Shown: one piece after another, positions 8,609 through 17,388 of the stretch
How the letters are laid out: every line of letters begins with the position of its first letter
Position numbering within the stretch: position 1 is the first letter of the stretch
IMG/VR virus record: IMGVR_UViG_3300042878_000174
Span: 1 to 63,168 of that record
Origin: a virus
Lineage: Duplodnaviria; Caudoviricetes
Strand: one strand, 5' to 3'
DNA: 63,168 bases
Made by a program: the position numbers and the translations under genes
Notes under the pieces: generated by a model
Seen by the model: the letters and a program-made list of their open reading frames with translations, nothing else
Databases searched by the model: none
What the model was told of the DNA's origin: nothing

Positions 8609-9211
8609 TTAGATGCCAACGGCGTTAGTGAAAGCGGAAGCGCCGGGATTGAACTTAACAAACACTTCAGTGTAAGTATCAGTCAATGGTGAAGCGAAAC
8701 CGATGATCTTAAACGCAGCGGCAGTCGTTACAACTGTGCTCTCCAAAGCGCTGGTAGAGTTACCTGTACGGGTAGAACCTGTAGAAGTAGACTGAACAGC
8801 AGCAAAGAAGGTGTTTGCGCCAAGAGCGGCTTGAGTAACTTGGCCATCCAATTGAGCTTGGAAAGTCACGTTAGGATCAGTGATAACGTATGCAGTTACC
8901 ACGCCGGTTGTGCCGGAGGGGTAGTACTGGCCGTAAATCTGCTGACCTTGTGCGTTGATGTATGAAGCACCAACAAAAACGCCCCAAGCACCAAGACTAG
9001 AACCACCAAGGTTGTTAGTAGTTAAGTCTTCGCCGTTGGCGGTACACAAAGCGATATAACCGTTAGCATTGATGAGAACAGCTTGTCCATAAAACAAGTT
9101 AGAACCAAGACCTGCTGGGTCAATCAGATACTGACTCGTAGCGCCAGCATAAGGCATGCCGTCGTTACGATTGATGGGACGTAGCCCATAGGGAGCATTG
9201 GTAGTTGACAT
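8609..9211 (-). CDS. Capsid-associated (cement/decoration-like) protein
   Basis: NAPYGLRP N-terminus, V..DP...F..Q; immediately upstream of the capsid gene. Confidence 0.65.
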   Translation of the reverse strand: MSTTNAPYGLRPINRNDGMPYAGATSQYLIDPAGLGSNLFYGQAVLINANGYIALCTANGEDLTTNNLGGSSLGAWGVFVGASYINAQGQQIYGQYYPSGTTGVVTAYVITDPNVTFQAQLDGQVTQAALGANTFFAAVQSTSTGSTRTGNSTSALESTVVTTAAAFKIIGFASPLTDTYTEVFVKFNPGASAFTNAVGI

Positions 9212-9232
9212 TTAAGTCTCCAAAAAATTTAA

Positions 9233-9688
9233 TTACCGTCTTCCGAAAGTTACCTCAGAGCTTCGTTCTCTGAACAAAGGCATCTTAGGATGGCTTTCGC
9301 GCATGTAGGTGTTGTCCACTGACTGCATCTGCCCGTCGGAAATTTTCCGGTAGTGGGCGTTCCGCTGGTCAACAAACTCAGTCGGGGTCTTGCAAAGCAA
9401 CAGTCCACCAATTTCAATTCCATCTGGAAAACGACCGTTAGGGTTGCTTAACAGTTGGAGTTTGGGTTGATCTGCGGCTTTAACAGGCTCCCAACCTTCG
9501 CGTAATTTTGAAGAAATGTTTGACGGATCAGGATTGTTTAGAGTAGCAAGGCGAATCCACCTGAATGCCCAACCAGCTTCTGGTTCGGGATCTGGCAGCA
9601 ACGAAGCGGGCATCCATTTCGAAGGACGCTCAAAACTTGCACGGGACTCTGTAGCTCTTTTTTCACGAATTTGTTCAGCCATTTTCAT
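9233..9688 (-). CDS. Conserved head-module protein
   Basis: FRWIR...D..N...KLREGWEPV...GGLLLCK.P pattern; between scaffold and capsid genes. Confidence 0.7.
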   Translation of the reverse strand: MKMAEQIREKRATESRASFERPSKWMPASLLPDPEPEAGWAFRWIRLATLNNPDPSNISSKLREGWEPVKAADQPKLQLLSNPNGRFPDGIEIGGLLLCKTPTEFVDQRNAHYRKISDGQMQSVDNTYMRESHPKMPLFRERSSEVTFGRR

Positions 9689-10646
9689 TCCTTCTTAATA
9701 TTGCGACCTCACGAGCATAGCGTTCCAAAGGAAGGCCTAGCCGCTTGGCAATAGCCACTTCCGAGGCAGACAATGTGATCTTTTTAGGGGCCACACTGCG
9801 TGTCGCAGAAGCAACAACGTTTGATTTCCTACGCTGCGTCGTATCAGCGGGTTCACCAGATTCAAACTTATCTGGAAACACTTGACGCAATCTACCGTTG
9901 ATGCGTCTGTAGTATTCGTCACTCTGAGGATCCATGCCCTCATCGTTAACCAGCTTTTCATGCACCGCCAGAGCGAATCCGGTCATTTCCTTGTCAGTAC
10001 CAAACCATTTATTGGTTTTTTGCCATTCAACAGCTTTGGTATCAACGCGGGGTGCTTGCTGATATTCGGGTTGTACAACAGTTTTTTCCTCTTGTAAAGG
10101 GGCAGGCTTAAAATTGTTTACACGCTCCGCTTTCATCTTCGCGGTGGTCATATCTTCCTGAGCCTGCACTAGAGCATCTGCGTCACCTGACTCATATGCA
10201 GCTTTGTACCGGTCTTTGGCTTCCTTGACCTCTTGTGCAACAACCCTCTTAGCCTGCTCCAGTAAAGCGCTTTGACTGGTATGTACGTTGTTCTTCAGTT
10301 TCTGATTTTCTTCATAAACTGCTTGAGCAATGCGAATTGCCTCTTCTTTCTCGCGTATCGCGGCCTCTTTGGCCCTGCGTTCGTCGTGATAACCCTTGGT
10401 AAATTCACGAAGTTTGTTGCGATCCTTTTGAGAATAAGCGGCTAACTCTTCATCTGTTGGCTCTTGCGGAGGAGTTTCCATGGGCGTTCTGCCCTTGTCC
10501 TCATCCGGTGTGTCATCGACAACCTCTATCTCAGGTTCTTCTTTGACTTCTTCAGGCTCAGGCTCTACGACCTTGCTGCCTAAACGGCTCTGTTTTGCCT
10601 CGATTTCATCGGGAAACTCAAATTCTGTTTTTTCCATTTCAGCCAT
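9675..10646 (-). CDS. Putative capsid scaffolding protein
   Basis: Acidic N-terminus, long coiled coil, C-terminal LSASEVAIAKRLGL..E.YA; located between portal and capsid. Confidence 0.65.
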   Translation of the reverse strand: MAEMEKTEFEFPDEIEAKQSRLGSKVVEPEPEEVKEEPEIEVVDDTPDEDKGRTPMETPPQEPTDEELAAYSQKDRNKLREFTKGYHDERRAKEAAIREKEEAIRIAQAVYEENQKLKNNVHTSQSALLEQAKRVVAQEVKEAKDRYKAAYESGDADALVQAQEDMTTAKMKAERVNNFKPAPLQEEKTVVQPEYQQAPRVDTKAVEWQKTNKWFGTDKEMTGFALAVHEKLVNDEGMDPQSDEYYRRINGRLRQVFPDKFESGEPADTTQRRKSNVVASATRSVAPKKITLSASEVAIAKRLGLPLERYAREVAILRRNENG

Positions 10647-10655
10647 GGTTTCTCC

Positions 10656-11060
10656 TTAGTAAGGACGTTGAATGCCGCGAGGATCTTGGACTACCGCTTC
10701 TACGCTGTCGTCGTTGATCAAACGCCACTCAGTACCATGAATCTTCATCCTTGTACCGCTGTTAGGGCGGGTAATGATGAAGTCTCCGACCTTGCATGAC
10801 GCTCCTGACGGGAATCGTTTCTCGTCTTTAAACGCATCTGGGCCGATTTTTGCCACAAACAACACGGGAGAAAGAATCTCTTCGTGGTGCATCATGGTTG
10901 CGGATTTTAAAATTCCGCTATCACCCATCTCTTCTTCTGCTCTCGGAAGCATACAAAGGAGGTGATATGTTGCGGGATCGGGCACTTGTTTGGCCTTTTC
11001 CTCACCAGATTTGTTGAGCACGCCCGACAAATCAACTGCACTGACATCGTATTCAGTCAT
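10656..11060 (-). CDS. groES: Co-chaperonin GroES-like protein
   Basis: P..YHLL..PR.EE...SGIL...VAKIGPDA...KVGD.I...SGT...G.E.RLINDD.V.AVV; start reassigned to ATG at 11060. Confidence 0.8.
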   Translation of the reverse strand: MTEYDVSAVDLSGVLNKSGEEKAKQVPDPATYHLLCMLPRAEEEMGDSGILKSATMMHHEEILSPVLFVAKIGPDAFKDEKRFPSGASCKVGDFIITRPNSGTRMKIHGTEWRLINDDSVEAVVQDPRGIQRPY

Positions 11061-11253
11061 CTTCATATCTTTCAAGTTTTCGAACAAGGTCAACAATTAA
11101 AGTCTGTGCGTACAGTAGACCCCGAATTTGGCCGCACATCTCTCGATAGGCTGGGTAGTCATTAGCTGCCCCGCCCCCAAGACTTTCGAGAAGGGTTTTC
11201 TCCTTCTCCCGAAGATCAGATAAAAGATATTTAAAAGCCTGATCTCCATCCAT
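11053..11253 (-). CDS. Small conserved protein downstream of portal
   Basis: DY..YR..CG.I.GL pattern; GAGGT RBS. Confidence 0.7.
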   Translation of the reverse strand: MDGDQAFKYLLSDLREKEKTLLESLGGGAANDYPAYREMCGQIRGLLYAQTLIVDLVRKLERYEDD

Positions 11254-11255
11254 GA

Positions 11256-13637
11256 TTAGCTACCTCGTTTAAACAGGTCAACTTGAACCTTTTGGTTGTT
11301 TTGTTTTTCCTGAGCTTGCATACGAGCCATATCAAGTTGAGCCTGCGTGTCGATCCGCTTGTTCTCAAGTTCGAGTTTGGCCTTCCCAAGTTCAATATCG
11401 GCGGCAATCTTCTGCGCCTTGGTCTGTGCTTCCTGACCCTTAAGCTGGAGTTCAGCTTGTTGCATCTGCACCATAGGATCTTGTGCTTGTTGCTGGGCTT
11501 GCTGTTGTTGCTGGTTAGCTTGGTTAAGCTGTAGCAACTGAGCGGAGCCTTGGGCAACCAGACGGGACAACTGCACTTCCACGTCTTCTGGTAGTTTGGA
11601 GTCTGGAGCGGGCAGAGGTACACCGACCTGCTCCTCAACTTTCTTGCGGTACAAGAATGCCAAGTGCTCTGCAATGTGAGCCATCACTGCGGCTTGGATC
11701 TTCTGTGCCATTGGGTTCTGGCCAATCTGGGCTGCAATCATTGGATCCTGCATGAACGCAGTGTGCGCTGCAATGTGCGCTTCTTGATCCTGATAGATGA
11801 ATGCTTTAGTTGGCTTTCCGTTGAGGAATGCCATGTTCTCACTGATCGGATCTTTAGGCGTTTGGTCATCTGCGCCGGGGATCAGTTTGTCTGCGTTTTT
11901 GACACCTAGAACCTCAATCATCTGGCGGTGCAGCAAAGGCAGGTCATAGATCTGCGGAGCACCCTGAGCCAACTGGATCACAGCCTGATACTGCATGATC
12001 CTTTGAGCCATCGTGGAACTATTAGGATCTGATACAGGAATGACCTCGACCATGTCGTAGTCAGATTGTTTTACCTGACGGTCGTTGCCTTGTGGGTCGT
12101 ACTCATACTCAGCGGGAGAGTAGTCCCTGATGATGCCTTTGAGCAGTTTAAACTCTTGCTTCATTGAATAATGAACACGGGCCTGCACTGCGCCCATGGT
12201 CTTCAATGTTCTCTCAAGTAACGCTAAAGTTGTACCGACCGGAGCGTTGGCGCTCATGTCAGAGATCTTCATGTCTGAGATAGAACCCAGACGGCGGCCT
12301 TCTTCTGTGATCCTATCTAGAAGAGTTAACAAAGTGCCACTTGGCTCTTTGTAAGGCAGCATCATAATGTTATCTTTGATGACACCGCTTGGAACATCAA
12401 CGTCCCTGAACTCACCCGGTTGGATAGGTGTGTCGTCGCCTTTGATACGAGCACCACGTGCTTTCAAGCCGCCGGGCAAGTTAGCTAACGTACCTGCGTC
12501 CACCAGTTGACGGATCAAAGATGTACCTGCACGGGCGTAACCACCAATGATGTGGATTAGACCCATACCGTAGAAACCAAAGCCGGGGATGTAGCAGTAG
12601 TCTACAAAGTGCTGCCGTTTGGTCTTCTTAGCATCGTCTTCTAGGTAGTTACGGCGGATGGCAAGAATCTTGTTTGTGCCACGATCAATCGTGATGACAT
12701 AAGGTAGGCCGATGCCTGTCTCTTCGCCTTCAGAATCTGTATCTTCAAAACCTTCTAAGTCCCAATATGCGTGGACTTCCAAGAGTTGGTAGCGGTCGTC
12801 GTCTGTGGCTTTGTAACCTTGTTGGTCGGCCTTCTTCTTCTCAATGTCTGAGAGATGCTGGACAGGCTCACCTAAGTCTATATCCCGATAGAAACCGCTC
12901 ACCTGTAGGCGACGCATTTCATTCTTGGTCTTACGCATCACATGGGTCACACGTTCTGCGTTTTGGAGATTAGAAGCACCGTACGGGACAATCATGTCTT
13001 CGGCAGGAATAAACACTGCGACTTGACGCTCCATAGCTGGGTCGTAGTAAACCTTCTTAAATGCTGCGCCTGACAGACCTAAGGAGTACAGCATCCGCTC
13101 ATGTTCTGGGCGGTACTCAGGCATTTCTTCCGTAAGTTTGAAGTTCATGTCAGCCTGCACACGCTCGGCTGCTTCTTCTTTCAGGCGGTCAATCGCACCG
13201 ATGATCTCTGTCTTAACAGGGCCAGCGGCAGGGAAGGTTTCCATGATGGATTCGGATTGGAACCGAATCGCAGCTTCCGTCAGGACTGTAGAGTAAACAC
13301 CGCAGGCTCCATTCCATGGCTCTGTACGCTCTTCATAATTAACGCCTAGGACTTCCAAGCCTTTGACAAAGCTTTCTGCCCAGTCTTTGCGGGAGGCTAT
13401 GTCAGCTTCTACGAGTTCTACAAGCTCAGAGGCAATCTTGCCTAAAGCACCGTCGTCAAGGATTTCTGCAAGGTTGTCATCAAATTCGCTGTCGTATTCT
13501 GATTCCGGTTCTAGAATAATCTCAACGCTTTCCTCTTCAATGATGAGGGGATCGTCTAATTCAACGTCCACGCCGATGTCTTCGAGGAGGTCTGAAAGAC
13601 CCATAGGTGCTTGGCTGATTGCTTTGTCGATACTCAT
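11256..13637 (-). CDS. Portal protein
   Basis: 793 aa directly after TerL; F..NLAE, GFGFYG.GL, LVDAGTLANLPGG, Gln-rich coiled-coil barrel as in P22-type portals. Confidence 0.85.
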   Translation of the reverse strand: MSIDKAISQAPMGLSDLLEDIGVDVELDDPLIIEEESVEIILEPESEYDSEFDDNLAEILDDGALGKIASELVELVEADIASRKDWAESFVKGLEVLGVNYEERTEPWNGACGVYSTVLTEAAIRFQSESIMETFPAAGPVKTEIIGAIDRLKEEAAERVQADMNFKLTEEMPEYRPEHERMLYSLGLSGAAFKKVYYDPAMERQVAVFIPAEDMIVPYGASNLQNAERVTHVMRKTKNEMRRLQVSGFYRDIDLGEPVQHLSDIEKKKADQQGYKATDDDRYQLLEVHAYWDLEGFEDTDSEGEETGIGLPYVITIDRGTNKILAIRRNYLEDDAKKTKRQHFVDYCYIPGFGFYGMGLIHIIGGYARAGTSLIRQLVDAGTLANLPGGLKARGARIKGDDTPIQPGEFRDVDVPSGVIKDNIMMLPYKEPSGTLLTLLDRITEEGRRLGSISDMKISDMSANAPVGTTLALLERTLKTMGAVQARVHYSMKQEFKLLKGIIRDYSPAEYEYDPQGNDRQVKQSDYDMVEVIPVSDPNSSTMAQRIMQYQAVIQLAQGAPQIYDLPLLHRQMIEVLGVKNADKLIPGADDQTPKDPISENMAFLNGKPTKAFIYQDQEAHIAAHTAFMQDPMIAAQIGQNPMAQKIQAAVMAHIAEHLAFLYRKKVEEQVGVPLPAPDSKLPEDVEVQLSRLVAQGSAQLLQLNQANQQQQQAQQQAQDPMVQMQQAELQLKGQEAQTKAQKIAADIELGKAKLELENKRIDTQAQLDMARMQAQEKQNNQKVQVDLFKRGS

Positions 13638-13645
13638 TTGAGTCC

Positions 13646-15142
13646 TTAATAATATTCCATGCGTCTGCGATATACAGGTTCATCTGGCTCATCAGAATCG
13701 ATGGAAATGAACCCGCCTTGACGGAATCTCATCAAAGCTTGGCTGGAGGAGTCAACAAGGTCGTCATGATCGCCATTGGGGAAGGAGGCCAGTTCATCCA
13801 TCACTTCTTCAGCCCAACGAGTCTCTGGACACCAGACAACACCTGAAGCAAACAGATCGGAGATTGCGTTTACACGCGAGATCTTATCGTTTCCTTTGCC
13901 CGGTGTAAACTCAGAAAGCGGAATGCCCATCTTACGCATCTCATAGATGAGCGGAGCACCTGCGGCTCTCTTCTCCACGATCAATGTATCTGGCTCCCAT
14001 TCTTGATAAAGCTCCAAAGCCATTTTCTTAAGCTCTGGAAACTCCATGCGTTGTTTAAACGCATCTAGCAGGATGATGTTTGGCCTCATGTCACCGGATT
14101 TGTTAGGGTGTTGGAAGACACCCCATGTAGTGCAGGCAGAATAGTCTGCGCGGTTGTTCTTTTCAAAGGCCGTGTCCCAGCTTTGGATGATGTAATCGCA
14201 CTGCGGGGGTGTATCTTTGTCCCAGATAGACCATTGTTCCCGCTTAATGATTGCGCCTTCTTCGGATGTGGGGTTCTGTTGGTACTGAGCCTCCCATTTA
14301 GCGACTGGTAGTTCAGCTTTTAGCGCTTCTAGCGCTGTTTTTGACCAAAAAGCTGGCCATAAAGGCGTTCCAGACGGCATGATTGCCGGAAAATCAATGA
14401 TTTCCCACTGATCTACGCCATCTTTCCCTGCGTTTTTGAGAATCTGGCCGGTCAAGTCACGTTTCGACCACCTAGTCATCACAATAATGATGGCTCCACC
14501 CGGCTGTAAACGCTGGCGAGGGCCAGATGTGAACCACTCATAGACATTATCAAACACCGCAGGGTTGCCTTGCTTGGCTTCCTGCTCCGAATGAGGGTCG
14601 TCAATGATTAAAAGATCGGCTCCTTTACCTGTGACAGCACCCCCAACGCCAATAGCGAAGTAATCACCACCCACGTGAGTATTCCAGCGACCGGCGGCCT
14701 TTGAATCGCTCGATAGCTTTGTATCAAATACCTTCTGATAGTTCTCTGAAGAGACAAGATTCCTAACCTTTCGTCCAAAGCCTGTAGCAAGTTCTGCGGT
14801 GTGTGCAGTCTGAATGATCTTCTTCTCAGGAAACTTACCCAAGAACCACGACGGGAGCAGATAAGAAGCAAACTCAGACTTTGTATGCCGGGGCGGCATG
14901 TTGATGATCAGGCGCTTGAGATCACCACGGGCAACCCTTTCAAAGGCATCGGCCATTATGGCGTGGTGTTTGCCAGAGATGAAGATAGGCCACATCTGCT
15001 GAACAAAGAACAAATAGGATTCTTTGCATCTCTCAACCCGATCAAACTCTAGGAGCTTCTGAACCTTGGCTCTTTCTGCGGGAGGGGCAGTGTCGGCAAG
15101 CGTCAAATAAAGCTCAATCTCTTTGCGGGTCAGTAGGCTCAT
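13646..15142 (-). CDS. terL: Terminase large subunit
   Basis: Walker A MPPRHTKS, Walker B LLIIDDP, MTRW coupling motif, nuclease SWDTA and HDDLVDS. Confidence 0.95.
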   Translation of the reverse strand: MSLLTRKEIELYLTLADTAPPAERAKVQKLLEFDRVERCKESYLFFVQQMWPIFISGKHHAIMADAFERVARGDLKRLIINMPPRHTKSEFASYLLPSWFLGKFPEKKIIQTAHTAELATGFGRKVRNLVSSENYQKVFDTKLSSDSKAAGRWNTHVGGDYFAIGVGGAVTGKGADLLIIDDPHSEQEAKQGNPAVFDNVYEWFTSGPRQRLQPGGAIIIVMTRWSKRDLTGQILKNAGKDGVDQWEIIDFPAIMPSGTPLWPAFWSKTALEALKAELPVAKWEAQYQQNPTSEEGAIIKREQWSIWDKDTPPQCDYIIQSWDTAFEKNNRADYSACTTWGVFQHPNKSGDMRPNIILLDAFKQRMEFPELKKMALELYQEWEPDTLIVEKRAAGAPLIYEMRKMGIPLSEFTPGKGNDKISRVNAISDLFASGVVWCPETRWAEEVMDELASFPNGDHDDLVDSSSQALMRFRQGGFISIDSDEPDEPVYRRRMEYY

Positions 15143-15369
15143 AACGCAGCCATTTCTTTAACAGACTTATCCACCAGCTTAATGGAATGGAACTTGTACG
15201 GACGAACCGTTAGGTGGCCATCCTCTTTAAGGCGATGAATGATGCGATGCACATTCGACTTAGAACTCAATCCAATTCCTTTGGCAATAACTTCATAGGA
15301 CGGAGGCACGCCATGGAGCCGAATATACGCCCGAATGAAATCTAGTACTAATTGCCTATGCTCGGTCAT
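15139..15369 (-). CDS. LexA-type winged-HTH DNA-binding protein lacking the peptidase domain
   Basis: VLDFIR.Y...G.PPSY..IA..IGLSS.SNVH..I..L...G.L; 76 aa from ATG at 15369. Confidence 0.8.
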   Translation of the reverse strand: MTEHRQLVLDFIRAYIRLHGVPPSYEVIAKGIGLSSKSNVHRIIHRLKEDGHLTVRPYKFHSIKLVDKSVKEMAAL

Positions 15370-15419
15370 TGATGTGAGTTTAAACGATAATGAGAACGTT
15401 CGCAAGTGTTTAAACGAAA

Positions 15420-15592
15420 ATATATATAGGGTGGGGGGTTTGGATTTGGATTGGATAGGGGGGGGTGTTCTGTGGGAGATGTATGGAAGAGTGGAATAGA
15501 GCGTAATAGACGGGCGGGTGGTCAGCGGCTACAGCGGGGGGTGCGGGGGCGGTGGGTGACGCACGTCCACGCACATCAAACGGGTGGGGCAT
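15420..15592 (+). other. Strongly G-skewed intergenic tract, candidate packaging / genome-end region
   Basis: Several G4-G9 runs between TerS 3' end and the LexA/TerL genes; flanked by GTTTAAAC at 15378, 15408 and 15609. Confidence 0.45.
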
Positions 15593-15594
15593 CA

Positions 15595-16242
15595 TCACGT
15601 CACGCGCTGTTTAAACGCGGTGGCTTGCACGTCTTGCACCGATGACCGATCCCCCTTGAGTAGACGCAAGTGGCTTGCAAGTTCACGCTTGAGTTGGTCA
15701 GCAGTGACAGGCGCTTTGTCTTGAACATCACTAGGTGTAAACAGGCCACAGGCTTTACCCATTAGTTCCAGTGCTTTAAGTTGTGTGCTTGGTTGACTGT
15801 CTTTACTGAGTGCAAGCAAGCCCTTGAGCACATACCTTTTAGATGCAACCATGTCATCTACCAAGTGCTCTATGGTTTCCCCCCAAGCTTCTTTGAGCAG
15901 TGCTTGAACCCTTGGATCACGCATCAGCTTGTTGGCATTGGCTGATATAGATGCATCGCTCCCTGTCGAGTTTTTGAAGCCCTCACGGTAGCTTTGCCTG
16001 AGGCTTTGCCCTCTTATAACCCCTTGCACGAATGCCATCGCAGATGGCGACAACGGCAAGCTTCTTTTGTGCTCCCCTGCTACTGGTAGTCCGTCTCTCC
16101 GCTTCCTAGGCTTAGGTGCATTCTTAGCTAGAGCATCAGCCAACTGTTTCGCTTCGCTCATGGGTTCTGCGCTCTGATCCTCCCATTGCCCCTCGGCCTC
16201 GGCCAAGGCCTCTCGATACTCAGCCTTTGTAGTCTTACTCAT
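15595..16242 (-). CDS. terS: Terminase small subunit
   Basis: AFVQGV..G.SLRQSY..GF...ANANKLMRDPRVQA HTH and LKALELMGK; upstream of TerL; GGAGG RBS before ATG at 16242. Confidence 0.7.
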   Translation of the reverse strand: MSKTTKAEYREALAEAEGQWEDQSAEPMSEAKQLADALAKNAPKPRKRRDGLPVAGEHKRSLPLSPSAMAFVQGVIRGQSLRQSYREGFKNSTGSDASISANANKLMRDPRVQALLKEAWGETIEHLVDDMVASKRYVLKGLLALSKDSQPSTQLKALELMGKACGLFTPSDVQDKAPVTADQLKRELASHLRLLKGDRSSVQDVQATAFKQRVT

Positions 16243-16326
16243 AAACACCGCCTCCATTTTGTGACTGACCAGTTCAATAAATGCTCACTTAGTCCACGTT
16301 ATGAACTGTTCGTATTATGCAACAAG

Positions 16327-16436
16327 TTATCCACAAAGTTATTCATTTTGGTGCACTAAGGGTTTTCCCACGTTATCCACACCAGCCCGAAAGTTATCCA
16401 CACAAAAAGTGGCCAAAACAGGGGTAGTTATCCACA
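16327..16436 (+). promoter_or_regulatory. Cluster of four perfect DnaA boxes
   Basis: TTATCCACA at 16327, 16373, 16394 and 16428, same orientation, each preceded by G. Confidence 0.85.
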
Positions 16437-16707
16437 AAATCAGGGTTTACCCTATGGCCTCTAGAATCGATTTTAAGGCCTCTCTGAGCGTCCGTTTTCC
16501 GAAGTGGCTACCCAGCCCTTGACCCCCTCAAAAAAAACGCACCTAGACGTTTTGTTGTTTTTAAACCACGGCCAAAAACAGGCCAAAAAATGACCGTTGG
16601 CACGCATCATGCTACGCGCACGCGCACGCCTGATTTCTTTTTTGATGGCCTAGAAAACCATGCCAATCCAATAACCCCACAACTTAGTCAAGTAAATATT
16701 GCCATGC

Positions 16708-16737
16708 TTGTGTAAACAATATCAATGCCCCTAAAAT
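16708..16737 (+). promoter_or_regulatory. Candidate early sigma70 promoter
   Basis: TTGTGT-18 bp-TAAAAT followed by hairpin CATGCC-N6-GGCATG, upstream of the first early gene. Confidence 0.45.
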
Positions 16738-16781
16738 GCACACATGCCAAATTCGGCATGCAACCTAAAGGTGCTTACATC

Positions 16782-17369
16782 ATGCTTATTCATACTGAGA
16801 GAGAAACCTACTTACAGAGTGCAGTCGAGGAGTTACGCCCCTCATTCTCAGCCAACGGCCACACACTGCCATTGGCAATTCGCGTGTCATGCGCTCTGCC
16901 CTCTAATGCTAAACGCTCAGGGGCAATTGGCGAGTGTTGGGCTGACACCCGCTCAAGTGACGGCCACTATGAAATTTTCATCAGCCCCACACTGGACAAC
17001 CCCGCACGTGTTTTTGACGTGCTCATTCATGAACTCTGCCACACGGCCAAGGGGTGCATGAACCACGGTGTTAACTTCCAAAAACTGGCTGAGGCCATGC
17101 TCTTGATTCCCGCCTCGAACACTTGGAAGGCGACTGTCGGTGCACCCACTTTCATGGCCGCTTATGGGTCAATCATCGAGGGCTTAGGCGACTACCCTCA
17201 TGCCGCCCTTGACATGTCATCGCGCAAGACGCAAGGCACTCGCATGTTGAAGGCCTCTTGCCCCTCATGTTCCTACACTGTTCGCCTGACGGCCAAGTGG
17301 GCATTCGACTCATACGGCAACCCCCGCCTACCCATCTGCCCCTGTGGCGATACCTTAGCCCTCGTTTAA
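16782..17369 (+). CDS. SprT-like zinc metalloprotease with C-terminal zinc ribbon
   Basis: VLIHELCH...NHG..F; CPSC...CPC; start reassigned to ATG at 16782 after AAAGGT. Confidence 0.75.
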   Translation: MLIHTERETYLQSAVEELRPSFSANGHTLPLAIRVSCALPSNAKRSGAIGECWADTRSSDGHYEIFISPTLDNPARVFDVLIHELCHTAKGCMNHGVNFQKLAEAMLLIPASNTWKATVGAPTFMAAYGSIIEGLGDYPHAALDMSSRKTQGTRMLKASCPSCSYTVRLTAKWAFDSYGNPRLPICPCGDTLALV

Positions 17370-17388
17370 ACATAGGAGAGTCAACATC

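Noticed and set aside
15139-15369. Lysogeny repressor implying a temperate lifestyle
   Set aside because: No peptidase domain, integrase, partition genes or cI/cro-like divergent switch recognised.
15410-15645. ORFs 15410-15598 and 15451-15645
   Set aside because: Pro- or Gly-rich translations are by-products of the G-run tract.
16301-16522. 73-aa ORF over the DnaA boxes
   Set aside because: No RBS or recognisable protein features; better explained as regulatory DNA.
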